NCBI GenBank assembly: GCA_040904565.1
Contig: JBBDTI010000035.1
Location: 1-40,954 of the forward strand
Length of the DNA stretch: 40,954 nt
Source: Rhodothermales bacterium
GTDB lineage: Bacteria > Bacteroidota > Rhodothermia > Rhodothermales > VXPQ01
Direction: 5' to 3'
The notes below the pieces were generated by a model that saw only the letters and a list, made by a program, of their open reading frames with translations, searched no databases and had not been told where the DNA came from. Positions 9,560 to 18,137 of the stretch are shown here, in pieces. Positions within the stretch are counted from its first letter, which is position 1, and the number at the start of each line of letters is the position of its first letter. The position numbers and the translations under genes were made by a program.

Positions 9560-10291
9560 ATGAAGCGCCTGAAATGGATCCTCACAATCGTCTTCGTTGC
9601 GGCTGGCTGGGTCGGTGGCCCCGACATAGCGGCCGCGCAGGAGGCAGACCGCACCGGTCGCTCGGACGCGCCGCCGGAGGCCACACTCAATGCAGATGCT
9701 GCAGATGAGTCCGTACGCGCCAGTGAAGATGCAACGGTCGAGGTCGAAATCGACGTCGACGAGCTTGAAGAGCACGCGCGACGGATTGTCGTCCGGCTGG
9801 GTGGAGACGATGGCTTCCGATTCGATCGGCCGAGCCGCCGCACGATTCGCGTCCCGGAGCGGCGCGCTCATCGGATCGTCCATCGCCGTCGAAGTCCGGA
9901 TGCGAACGCTCCTTCCATCAATCGACTTGGTCCCCCGCCTATGGCCCCGTTTCTGGATGAAGATATTCGTCTTGAGCTCCGCGATGGCGTAGGAGAACGT
10001 ATCCGGGCGCACCGTGACGTGACAGAGCTCGAGAGGGAGTCCCGACGTCTGGCACGCGAGGTACGTCAATCCGGCGGAGACGAACGCCGCGAACTCGAGG
10101 AGCAGCTCAGCGCAAAGCTGGACGATATTTTCGACAAGAAGATGGAGATTCGTCGTGATCGGATCCAACGCCTGGAGTCTCTTCTTGAAAAGGAGCGATC
10201 GGTCGTGGAGGAGCGTTCGCAGGCCCGTGATGAGATCATCGATCGTCGGTTCGACGAACTGCTCGGGGAATCGGACGTGCTCGATTGGTAG
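9560..10291 (+). CDS. Secreted coiled-coil protein, paralog of the upstream gene
   Basis: Signal peptide MKRLKWILTIVFVAAGW...AAA; C-terminus LDDIFDKKMEIRRDRIQRLE...RDEIIDRRFDEL matches LDEIFELKQNNRRHEIERLE...REEIIDRRLRDL of the previous ORF. Confidence 0.8.
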   Translation: MKRLKWILTIVFVAAGWVGGPDIAAAQEADRTGRSDAPPEATLNADAADESVRASEDATVEVEIDVDELEEHARRIVVRLGGDDGFRFDRPSRRTIRVPERRAHRIVHRRRSPDANAPSINRLGPPPMAPFLDEDIRLELRDGVGERIRAHRDVTELERESRRLAREVRQSGGDERRELEEQLSAKLDDIFDKKMEIRRDRIQRLESLLEKERSVVEERSQARDEIIDRRFDELLGESDVLDW

Positions 10292-10619
10292 CCGTAATGG
10301 AGTCCGTCACGGATGATCGTACCGCGAGACCAGGCAGACCGTTCAGGAGAACCGTCCCAATCCGGATGAGTAATCAGCGTAGGCTTAAACGGAGAAAAGT
10401 AAGTTAAGGCTTTACTTTAACTTGGCTCCGTTGCATCTTGTCAGGCGACGTGTTGATCGCCTGCAGACGCCGTGAGTCGTCCGGCGACGGCTATCGGCCG
10501 TCCACCTGGAACGTAATTCCTCAGGGAATCGGAGTGTTTCCAGGATCGTTGCCGTCATTATAGAGCGGCACGATATATGTTCTTCATAATGGGCGTGATG
10601 AACAGTTAGCCGGCTACCG

Positions 10620-11987
10620 ATGAAATTCCAACGCTACTACGACGTGCTAGTGCGCGGCGCCGCCGTCCTGGCGTGTGCCGTGATCTTCATGGCAGCTCAC
10701 GTATCCGCGGCACCGAATGTAGAGCGCGTTTCCTTTTCGGAACGATCCGATGGGGGGGGCTACGTGGTACGGTTTCACGTTGACGGTCCCGTCGCCGCCT
10801 ACAGTGAGCCCCGCCGCCTGGCCGGAGGGCGACTGGAAATCATTCTGTTCAACACGCGTCTCGCGCCCGAGTATCAGGCTGACGAAGTAGTCGGACCCAT
10901 CTCCAACTACGTCGAAGAGGCCGCGTCCGGCCATCTTATCTTCCGATTTAGAATGGATGCAACCGTAGCCGTCCAAGCGTCGGCGTATCGGGACCGGGAG
11001 TCGAACGACGTCTTGATGGGAATCACGGTCGCGTCCCCATCTCATGCCTCCAGGCTGGAGGTGCCGAAGCAGCTTCCGGTACCGGTTCGTCTGGCGTCTG
11101 CACCCGGTGGGTCGTCGTCTTCCGCAAGCACCGCCGAGCGCACGAGGGGCTCCGAGTTCGTTCGTGAAGCGGCTCTCGCTGACGATATACCCGGCGCGGA
11201 CGCCCTGGGCGAAGACGTCGGCGTGGTCGATGCGACGGGTAGCGGTGCGGGATCGCGCGCTGTAGTCGGAGGCACGCAGTGGATGCTCAATACGGTCGTG
11301 ATCGATGCAGGCCACGGCGGCAAGGATCCGGGCGCGTTGGCCAACGGTGTTCGCGAAAAGGACATCACACTGGGCGTCGCCCTAAAACTGGGAGCGTATC
11401 TCGAAGATCTTCTGGGTGTGAACGTAGAGTACACGCGTGATGACGACCGGTTTATCGAGCTCCGCGATCGTGGTCGCATAGCCAACGAACATGACGGGAA
11501 GCTGTTTATTTCTCTGCATGCCAATGCAGCCGGTTCGGCCGCCGCGCGGGGGGCCGAGACATACTTTCTCGGGATGCACAAATCGGACGCGGCGCGCACG
11601 ACGATGGAGCGTGAGAATTCCGTGGTCCGGTTCGAGAGCTCGCAGGACGAATACGAGAACATGACCGAAGAGGCGCTCATCCGGATGGAGCTGACGCAGA
11701 GCGCCTACATGCGCAAGAGCGAGCAGCTCTCGGAGCTCATTCAGGAGCAGTTCGAGACGCGCGTTCATCGGCGAAACCGAGGCGTAAAGCAGGCTGGTTT
11801 CTACGTTCTATGGGGAGCTTCCATGCCGGCCGTTCTTGTGGAACTCGGATTTCTTACCAACCCGACCGAGGCAGCCTTTCTGAGAAGTGAACAGGGTCAG
11901 GACTATATGGCCAGTGCGATCTATCGAGCCGTCCGGGCGTACAAGCAACAGTATGAAAAGGGGTTGGGCCGTCCGCGGGCGGATTAG
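10620..11987 (+). CDS. N-acetylmuramoyl-L-alanine amidase (Amidase_3) with signal peptide and AMIN-like N-terminal domain
   Basis: IDAGHGGKDPG, EKD, FISLHAN and VLVELGFLTNP zinc-ligand motifs. Confidence 0.93.
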   Translation: MKFQRYYDVLVRGAAVLACAVIFMAAHVSAAPNVERVSFSERSDGGGYVVRFHVDGPVAAYSEPRRLAGGRLEIILFNTRLAPEYQADEVVGPISNYVEEAASGHLIFRFRMDATVAVQASAYRDRESNDVLMGITVASPSHASRLEVPKQLPVPVRLASAPGGSSSSASTAERTRGSEFVREAALADDIPGADALGEDVGVVDATGSGAGSRAVVGGTQWMLNTVVIDAGHGGKDPGALANGVREKDITLGVALKLGAYLEDLLGVNVEYTRDDDRFIELRDRGRIANEHDGKLFISLHANAAGSAAARGAETYFLGMHKSDAARTTMERENSVVRFESSQDEYENMTEEALIRMELTQSAYMRKSEQLSELIQEQFETRVHRRNRGVKQAGFYVLWGASMPAVLVELGFLTNPTEAAFLRSEQGQDYMASAIYRAVRAYKQQYEKGLGRPRAD

Positions 11988-12059
11988 CATGGCCCGCAGC
12001 CGGTTACCGGCTTAACTGTCGCCGGCATCGGATATCCATCGCCTCGCAGGCAGCGTTCC

Positions 12060-12677
12060 ATGGCCGGCATCTCCTTATCTCCATCAGGTTCACCATCCCG
12101 ACACGTCACGTACCGCCCACCAGATCATTCAATCGCCTTGTCTTCCACCGAGTACGCGGAGCGGCTGCATGCCGCCGTTCGAACCATCCCTGATTTTCCG
12201 AGTCCCGGCATTCAATTCAAGGATATCACCCCCATACTGAGTGATGGCAAGCTGTTGAATCATGCGGTAGAGGCGCTTGCCGGACCATTTCTCGATGCCG
12301 GTATCACCAAAGTCGTGGGTATCGAGGCGCGCGGCTTCATTCTTGGATGCCCGCTCGCCCGACGCCTCGATGCCGGTTTTGTACCCGTGCGAAAGCATGG
12401 GAAACTCCCATACACCACGCATACCGAAGAGTACGACCTCGAATATGGGACGGACTGCGTCGAAATGCATGTAGATGCCGTTCATGAGGGAGACCGCGTT
12501 CTCGTTCACGACGACGTGATTGCAACGGGCGGGACGGCCGCGGCCTCCTGGCGGCTTCTCCAGTCGGCCGGTGCGCAGGTCGTCGGTTTTTCGTTCCTCG
12601 TAGAGCTTGCCTTTCTGTCCGGTCGCGGTCTGCTGTCCGACGGCGTTCCGGTCCATTCGGTGTTGTATTTCGACTAG
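12060..12677 (+). CDS. apt: Adenine phosphoribosyltransferase (true start possibly TTG 12138)
   Basis: IPDFPSPGIQFKDITP, GIEARGF, RKHGKLP, YDLEYG, HDDVIATGGT. Confidence 0.95.
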   Translation: MAGISLSPSGSPSRHVTYRPPDHSIALSSTEYAERLHAAVRTIPDFPSPGIQFKDITPILSDGKLLNHAVEALAGPFLDAGITKVVGIEARGFILGCPLARRLDAGFVPVRKHGKLPYTTHTEEYDLEYGTDCVEMHVDAVHEGDRVLVHDDVIATGGTAAASWRLLQSAGAQVVGFSFLVELAFLSGRGLLSDGVPVHSVLYFD

Positions 12678-12730
12678 GCGTATCGAGGACCGGTGCGCCG
12701 TATCATGTGTCATCAGTCTCAGAAGTAATT

Positions 12731-13282
12731 ATGCCCGTACGGAACTCATGGCGCCTCGCCGCGCCACTGGCCGCTATCCTGCTGGGATCGATGCTCGTGC
12801 TGGCGGGATGCGACACGATTGGAACGGAGAGCGTTACGCTGCGCAAGGATGTGAATTTTCGGTTCGAGTTCTCGACGGAGGGTCGTGAAGCGGGTACCGC
12901 GTTTAACGTCGATGCCGTAGGAACCGTCGATTTCGGAGAAGTTATAGCCCCGGAAGGATTCACGACCGACGAAATCATTGCCGTCAACGTGCACTCGGTT
13001 TCCGTTCAGCGGGTAACACCCGTCGGTACGAATCTGGACGCGTTCGATCGGATTGCGCTTGCGCTCGTCGCATCGGGCGTCCCGACGCGGACGGTTGCCG
13101 AGCTGGAGCCCGTTCCTTCTTCGAGGGAGGCGACGCTGCCGATCGTCAGGTCCGACGTGACGCAGCTCGCAGTCCAGCCGTCATTCAGGGGGCGGCTGAC
13201 CGTCGTGCCGGCCGCGACACCGACGGAACAGTACGTGCTTACGGCACGGATGGAGGTCGTCGTCGAAGTGGAAGGTGTATGA
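12731..13282 (+). CDS. Hypothetical lipoprotein
   Basis: Lipobox VLAG-C after a hydrophobic signal; beta-rich mature region; start taken at ATG 12731. Confidence 0.75.
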   Translation: MPVRNSWRLAAPLAAILLGSMLVLAGCDTIGTESVTLRKDVNFRFEFSTEGREAGTAFNVDAVGTVDFGEVIAPEGFTTDEIIAVNVHSVSVQRVTPVGTNLDAFDRIALALVASGVPTRTVAELEPVPSSREATLPIVRSDVTQLAVQPSFRGRLTVVPAATPTEQYVLTARMEVVVEVEGV

Positions 13283-13305
13283 CGACCGCAAGCTTTCGCG
13301 CGGGT

Positions 13306-13713
13306 CTATCGCACGGCCACGCAGGAAATTTCTACCCTTGCGCTTCGCGGAAGCGACGTGACGCCGACCGCTTCCCGGGCGGGAGGTGCCTCGGAGAAGT
13401 ACCGCGCGTAGACTTCGTTGACCTGGGCGTAGTCGTTAATGTCGGTAAGAAAGACCGTACAGGTGACGACGTTCTCGAAATCCATGCGCGCCGCACGAAG
13501 CACAGCCCCCAGATTATCGAGGACGCGTTCCGTTTCAGCCTCGATGCCGCTGGTAACCACGCTCCCCGTTTCCGGATCGATGGCGATCTGTCCGGAACAA
13601 TAAAGGGTATTCCCAACGAGAATACCCTGGCTGTACGGGCCGATCGCAGCTGGTGCTAACGGGGTCTTGATACGCGACCGCGACACCGTATGTGCAGACT
13701 TTCTACCACTCAT
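13306..13713 (-). CDS. ridA: RidA/YjgF enamine-imine deaminase
   Basis: APAAIGPYSQG, SGQIAIDP, VNEVYARYF...PPAR, LP..ARVEI. Confidence 0.92.
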   Translation of the reverse strand: MSGRKSAHTVSRSRIKTPLAPAAIGPYSQGILVGNTLYCSGQIAIDPETGSVVTSGIEAETERVLDNLGAVLRAARMDFENVVTCTVFLTDINDYAQVNEVYARYFSEAPPAREAVGVTSLPRSARVEISCVAVR

Positions 13714-13809
13714 AAAGGCCCTTCTTTCAAAAGTTTAGATACAGGTTTAACTTCCGTCGCTAAGCGGAAGAAACACAAGCGAATATTTGTCAAAGACATT
13801 CGATCGACT

Positions 13810-14625
13810 ATGGATCTAGGATTAAGTGGACGGACGGCATTCGTCGCGGGATCGAGCAGTGGACTCGGCTATGCCGTTGCGCGTGAACTACTGCGGGAGG
13901 GATGCCGAGTAGCCATCTGTTCTCGGAATAGCGAGCGCATCACGGGCGCCGCCGAGGCACTTGTGGATGAGACAAAGGCGTCGCATGATGACGTCCTGCC
14001 GATGGAGTGCGACGTGACGGTGGAAGCACATGTCGTACGCTCGATCGATCGAGCAGCGGAGCACTTTGGCGAACTGAACATCCTCGTGACGAACGCGGGG
14101 GGGCCGCCGGCGGGCTACATCGACGACTTCACGGCGGAGGAGTGGAAGCAGGCGCTCGATCTCAATCTCATGAGCACGATCAATATGTGCCGTGCCGCCC
14201 TGCCTCATCTGCGTGCGGCTGCCGGGCAGTCGGCCAAACTGGCACGCATTCTCATGATCACGTCGATTTCAGCGAAGCAGCCGATCCCCAACCTCTATCT
14301 GTCGAATACGGCCAGGGCGGGCGTGCAGGGGTTTGCCAAGAGTCTGGCCGAAGAGGTTGGGCCGAAGGGCATCACCGTGAATACGATACTGCCCGGATAC
14401 ACGCGGACGGACAGGCTGCGGGAGCTGGCTGCTAATACCAGCTCGACCTCCGGCCGGAGCATCGAAGAGGTTGAAGCCGGCTGGGCGCAGGATAACGCAC
14501 TGAAGCGTATCGCGGACCCGGAGGAGTTCGCCGCCGCTGCAGCGTTTCTCGTCAGCGCCCCCGCGTCGTACGTGACCGGCGTGGCTTTTCCCGTCGACGG
14601 AGGACGTTCGAAACACGTGCTGTAG
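13810..14625 (+). CDS. Short-chain dehydrogenase/reductase (FabG-like SDR)
   Basis: AGSSSGLG Rossmann motif, NAGGPP, SNTAR in place of YxxxK (atypical SDR subgroup), VNTILPG. Start MDLGL at 13810. Confidence 0.9.
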   Translation: MDLGLSGRTAFVAGSSSGLGYAVARELLREGCRVAICSRNSERITGAAEALVDETKASHDDVLPMECDVTVEAHVVRSIDRAAEHFGELNILVTNAGGPPAGYIDDFTAEEWKQALDLNLMSTINMCRAALPHLRAAAGQSAKLARILMITSISAKQPIPNLYLSNTARAGVQGFAKSLAEEVGPKGITVNTILPGYTRTDRLRELAANTSSTSGRSIEEVEAGWAQDNALKRIADPEEFAAAAAFLVSAPASYVTGVAFPVDGGRSKHVL

Positions 14626-14788
14626 ATCGATCGGCAAGCTGGGACGCGCCGGGTGAACCGAGGGCCACGTCCACGCCCGGCGGGCATTTCGCGACGACGA
14701 TTCTATCGCCGGAGGAACGCCCTCGTGCGGGAAGACGTTGCAAGGCCGCATTTAATGAAAGAGGTCGGACGCCCCGATCACTCGAGCA

Positions 14789-15955
14789 ATGAGCAGGAAG
14801 GGACGTGTACTGGTAGCTATGAGCGGGGGGGTGGACTCCTCCACCGCGGCCGTGATGCTGCACGAGGAGGGCTACGAAGTCATCGGCATTACGATGAAGA
14901 CGTGGGACTACGCCTCGAGCGGAGGGCGCAGTCATGCCGCGTCGGGAAAAGAGGTCGGCTGCTGCACGCTCGAGTCGATGAACGATGCTCGCAGCATCGC
15001 GATGAAGTACGATTTCACGCATTTCATCGTCGACATCCGGGAGGAGTTCGGTGACTGGGTGATCGATCGATTCACGGACGAATATCTTGCGGGCCGGACG
15101 CCTAATCCGTGCGTCCTGTGCAACACGCACATCAAGTGGGCTGCTCTCATGCGGCGCGCAGATCAGCTCGACTGCGAGTTTATCGCGACAGGGCATTATG
15201 CGCGGCTGCGGCGGGACGAAGAGATCGGGCGCCACGTCCTCATGAAGGGACGCGACAATAACAAGGATCAGAGCTACGCGCTCTGGGGACTGCCACAGGA
15301 ACACCTCGCGCGCACCCTGCTCCCGCTCGGCGGTTTCGAGAAGCCGACCATACGGACCATGGCGGCCGACTTCGGCCTCGTCCGGGTGGCCGACAAGCCG
15401 GACTCCTACGAGATCTGCTTCATTCCCGACAACGATTATCGCCGCTTCTTGAAGGACCGCGTCGACGGGCTGGAGGAAGACGTTGCAGGAGGGCGCTTCG
15501 TAACGTCCGACGGCACGGTCGTCGGCCGGCACGAGGGGTACCCGTTCTATACGATCGGTCAGCGGCACGGCCTCGGACTGGCAATGGGCCACGCCGTCTA
15601 CGTGACGGACATCGACCCGGCAACGAATACGATCACGGTGGGACCGCGAGAAGAGCTTCTCAAGCAGCGGTGTTCGGCCCGCCAGATCAATCTGATCAAG
15701 TACGAGGAGCTGGGCGAAGAGCGGCCTGTCGACGCCCGGATTCGGTACAACGACGAGGGTGCGCCAGGTCTCGCCTGGCAGGAGGGAGAGGACGAGCTCC
15801 ACGTCGCCTTCGGATCCCCGCGTCGCGCTATCACGCCAGGGCAGTCGGTCGTGCTTTACGAAGGAGAGGATGTTCTTGGCGGGGGCTGGATTCATCGAGT
15901 GATGAACGACGGGACGGAGCGTGAACACGACGATCACATAGCGGAGGTATCTTGA
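14789..15955 (+). CDS. mnmA: tRNA U34 2-thiouridylase MnmA
   Basis: AMSGGVDSS, PNPCVLCN, ATGHYA, KDQSY, DSYEICF, TIGQRHGL, AITPGQ. Confidence 0.97.
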   Translation: MSRKGRVLVAMSGGVDSSTAAVMLHEEGYEVIGITMKTWDYASSGGRSHAASGKEVGCCTLESMNDARSIAMKYDFTHFIVDIREEFGDWVIDRFTDEYLAGRTPNPCVLCNTHIKWAALMRRADQLDCEFIATGHYARLRRDEEIGRHVLMKGRDNNKDQSYALWGLPQEHLARTLLPLGGFEKPTIRTMAADFGLVRVADKPDSYEICFIPDNDYRRFLKDRVDGLEEDVAGGRFVTSDGTVVGRHEGYPFYTIGQRHGLGLAMGHAVYVTDIDPATNTITVGPREELLKQRCSARQINLIKYEELGEERPVDARIRYNDEGAPGLAWQEGEDELHVAFGSPRRAITPGQSVVLYEGEDVLGGGWIHRVMNDGTEREHDDHIAEVS

Positions 15956-16257
15956 TGCGAATCCTGGCAGTACTATCCCTGGCGGCTCTCCTTTCAGTGC
16001 CCGCCTGTACGCCTACCAATAACACAACGGACAGCAACGTGATTGAAGCGACCGGTACCGTACAGTACGTCGACGTCGAAGGTGGCTTCTACGGTCTCGT
16101 GGCCGACGACGGATCGAAGTACGACCCGTCCGGACTCCCGGACGATTTTCAGGAGGATGGACTGCGGGTCGCATTTACAGCAGAGCCCCGCGAGAACGTG
16201 CTCACATCGCGGATGTGGGGACAGGTTGTTCGCCTGATCGAGATCGAACGGCTGTAG
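15955..16257 (+). CDS. Small hypothetical lipoprotein
   Basis: Signal ending VPA-C; GTVQYVDVEGGFYGL beta-rich domain; overlaps the mnmA stop codon. Confidence 0.75.
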   Translation: MRILAVLSLAALLSVPACTPTNNTTDSNVIEATGTVQYVDVEGGFYGLVADDGSKYDPSGLPDDFQEDGLRVAFTAEPRENVLTSRMWGQVVRLIEIERL

Positions 16258-16501
16258 AGTCGGTCGGCTGTACGCTACCCGTGGCTCCGCGACGGGGTTG
16301 CCACCTTATAGTAACGTTTGGATGACGGCCGGAGCATTGCGGAGTCATACGATTACCTTAAGGTAGACGTCGAATGAAGTCCTCCGGTGGAAGCATATTC
16401 CCGGTGGATTTTCTAAGACATCCTACGCGGATCGTCCTGGCGACGTCGTCGTTCGCGCGCCGGAAATGCGCACTGGATCTGTCCACGCACGTTGCTCCGA
16501 T

Positions 16502-17281
16502 ATGTCTACACACACGTCAGATATCTCTCATGGATCGGATGTTTCGTCGAGCAGCGGGTCCTCGTCTGCCCCGTCGAGTGACCGCCTCCTGATCGTTGAG
16601 GATGACCCCGAGGTGGGGACCGGTCTCGTTCTTTATCTCGAGGATCAGGGGTTCGATGTTACACTGCGAGACGACGGGCAAAAAGGTCTCGACGAGGCGG
16701 TAACCATGCCCGGCTACGACATGATCATACTGGATGCAAAACTGCCCGGCCGTGACGGATTCGACGTCTTAAGGAAGGCGCGTTCCCAGGGTGTCAGCAC
16801 GCCGATTCTGATGCTCACCGGTCTCCGTGGACACGGCGACAGGATGCGTGGTTTCGAACTCGGCGCGGACGACTATCTGACGAAGCCTTTTTCCACGGAA
16901 GAGCTGCTGGCCCGTATCCGCGCCATACTGCGTCGCACGAAGGTGGATCCCGATGAAGAAACGAGGACGTTTCGGGTCGGTGGACTCCTCGTCGATCTTC
17001 GAGACGAGCGTGTTACGAAAAACGGAGAGCCCGTGTCACTTACCGAATTGGAATTTCGTCTGCTGCGCTATCTGCTGGTCCACCGCGGTCGAACGGCCAC
17101 GCGAGAACACATTTTACGCGATGTCTGGGGTCTTCCGAGCGATGTGGAAACGCGTACCATTGACCGCCACGTAAACGCGCTGCGCAAGGTGATGGACGGA
17201 GACGACGAGTCTACCTGGCCCATCAAGAGCATCTACGGCGAAGGGTACAAGCTCGTTGGCGCGGAAGCGGCAAACAAATAG
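16502..17281 (+). CDS. OmpR/PhoB-family response regulator
   Basis: LLIVEDD, IILDAKLP (phospho-Asp), GADDYLTKPF, winged helix LTELEFRLL...RTIDRHV...YGEGYK. Confidence 0.92.
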   Translation: MSTHTSDISHGSDVSSSSGSSSAPSSDRLLIVEDDPEVGTGLVLYLEDQGFDVTLRDDGQKGLDEAVTMPGYDMIILDAKLPGRDGFDVLRKARSQGVSTPILMLTGLRGHGDRMRGFELGADDYLTKPFSTEELLARIRAILRRTKVDPDEETRTFRVGGLLVDLRDERVTKNGEPVSLTELEFRLLRYLLVHRGRTATREHILRDVWGLPSDVETRTIDRHVNALRKVMDGDDESTWPIKSIYGEGYKLVGAEAANK

Positions 17282-17335
17282 ACCAACCGATCATACGTGT
17301 GCCGTTCTGCGTGCGTCTCTGAGCGGCCTATCGTA

Positions 17336-18046
17336 TCACGAGTTCGATCCGGTGAATCGATATCCGAGTCCGTACACCGTCTCGATGTAGGTGGGTTCGT
17401 TCGGATCCGGCTCGATCTTCTTGCGGACCGATGCGATGTGCCGGTCCACCGTCCGCGTCACTATTTCGTGCTCGATATTCCACACGTCGCGCAGCAGCTG
17501 GCGGCGCGTTACCGTTTGCCCACGGTGCTGAATGAGATAACGGAGAATGTCGAACTCGAGGGACGTGAAGCTTATTTCTTCGCCGTCGCGGACCGCCTCG
17601 TGCGTAGAAAAGTTAATCTCTACGCCCCCGATGCGATGTACGCTCATCGGCGCTTTGTTCGGGGGCTGCGTGCGATTCAAAATGGCGGTGACTCTCGCCG
17701 CAAGCTCTTCCGCATTGAATGGCTTTGTGACGTAATCCTCCGCTCCCAGGCCAAACCCCTTCAGGACGTCCTCGTCTTGCCCCTTCGCCGTCAGCACGAG
17801 CACGGGCGCCGTCAAACCGAGCTCGTGACTTTCCTCCAGCACGTCGTAACCGCTCTTTTTGGGCAGCATGATGTCGAGCAGGACGATGTCATATATATCG
17901 TCTCGGATGCGCTCCATGGCTTCTTCGCCGTCTCTTGCAAGGGTGACGTCGTACCCTTTCAGGTCGAAGAAGTCCGTGAGGCCGATCCCTACATCGGTAT
18001 CGTCTTCGACGATGAGCATCTTGTACGTCTTTTCGGTTGTCTTCAT
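17336..18046 (-). CDS. OmpR/PhoB-family response regulator
   Basis: LIVEDD, VLLDIMLP, GAEDYVTKPF, RTVDRHIASVRKKIE, TVYGLGYRF. Confidence 0.94.
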   Translation of the reverse strand: MKTTEKTYKMLIVEDDTDVGIGLTDFFDLKGYDVTLARDGEEAMERIRDDIYDIVLLDIMLPKKSGYDVLEESHELGLTAPVLVLTAKGQDEDVLKGFGLGAEDYVTKPFNAEELAARVTAILNRTQPPNKAPMSVHRIGGVEINFSTHEAVRDGEEISFTSLEFDILRYLIQHRGQTVTRRQLLRDVWNIEHEIVTRTVDRHIASVRKKIEPDPNEPTYIETVYGLGYRFTGSNS

Positions 18047-18137
18047 CCTCTATCGTTTGGCGTCCCGGTGAAACGTGGTACATGTCGAGCGCGATGACGG
18101 CGTGGTGTCATCGCACGTCCAATATAAGGATCGCCGA

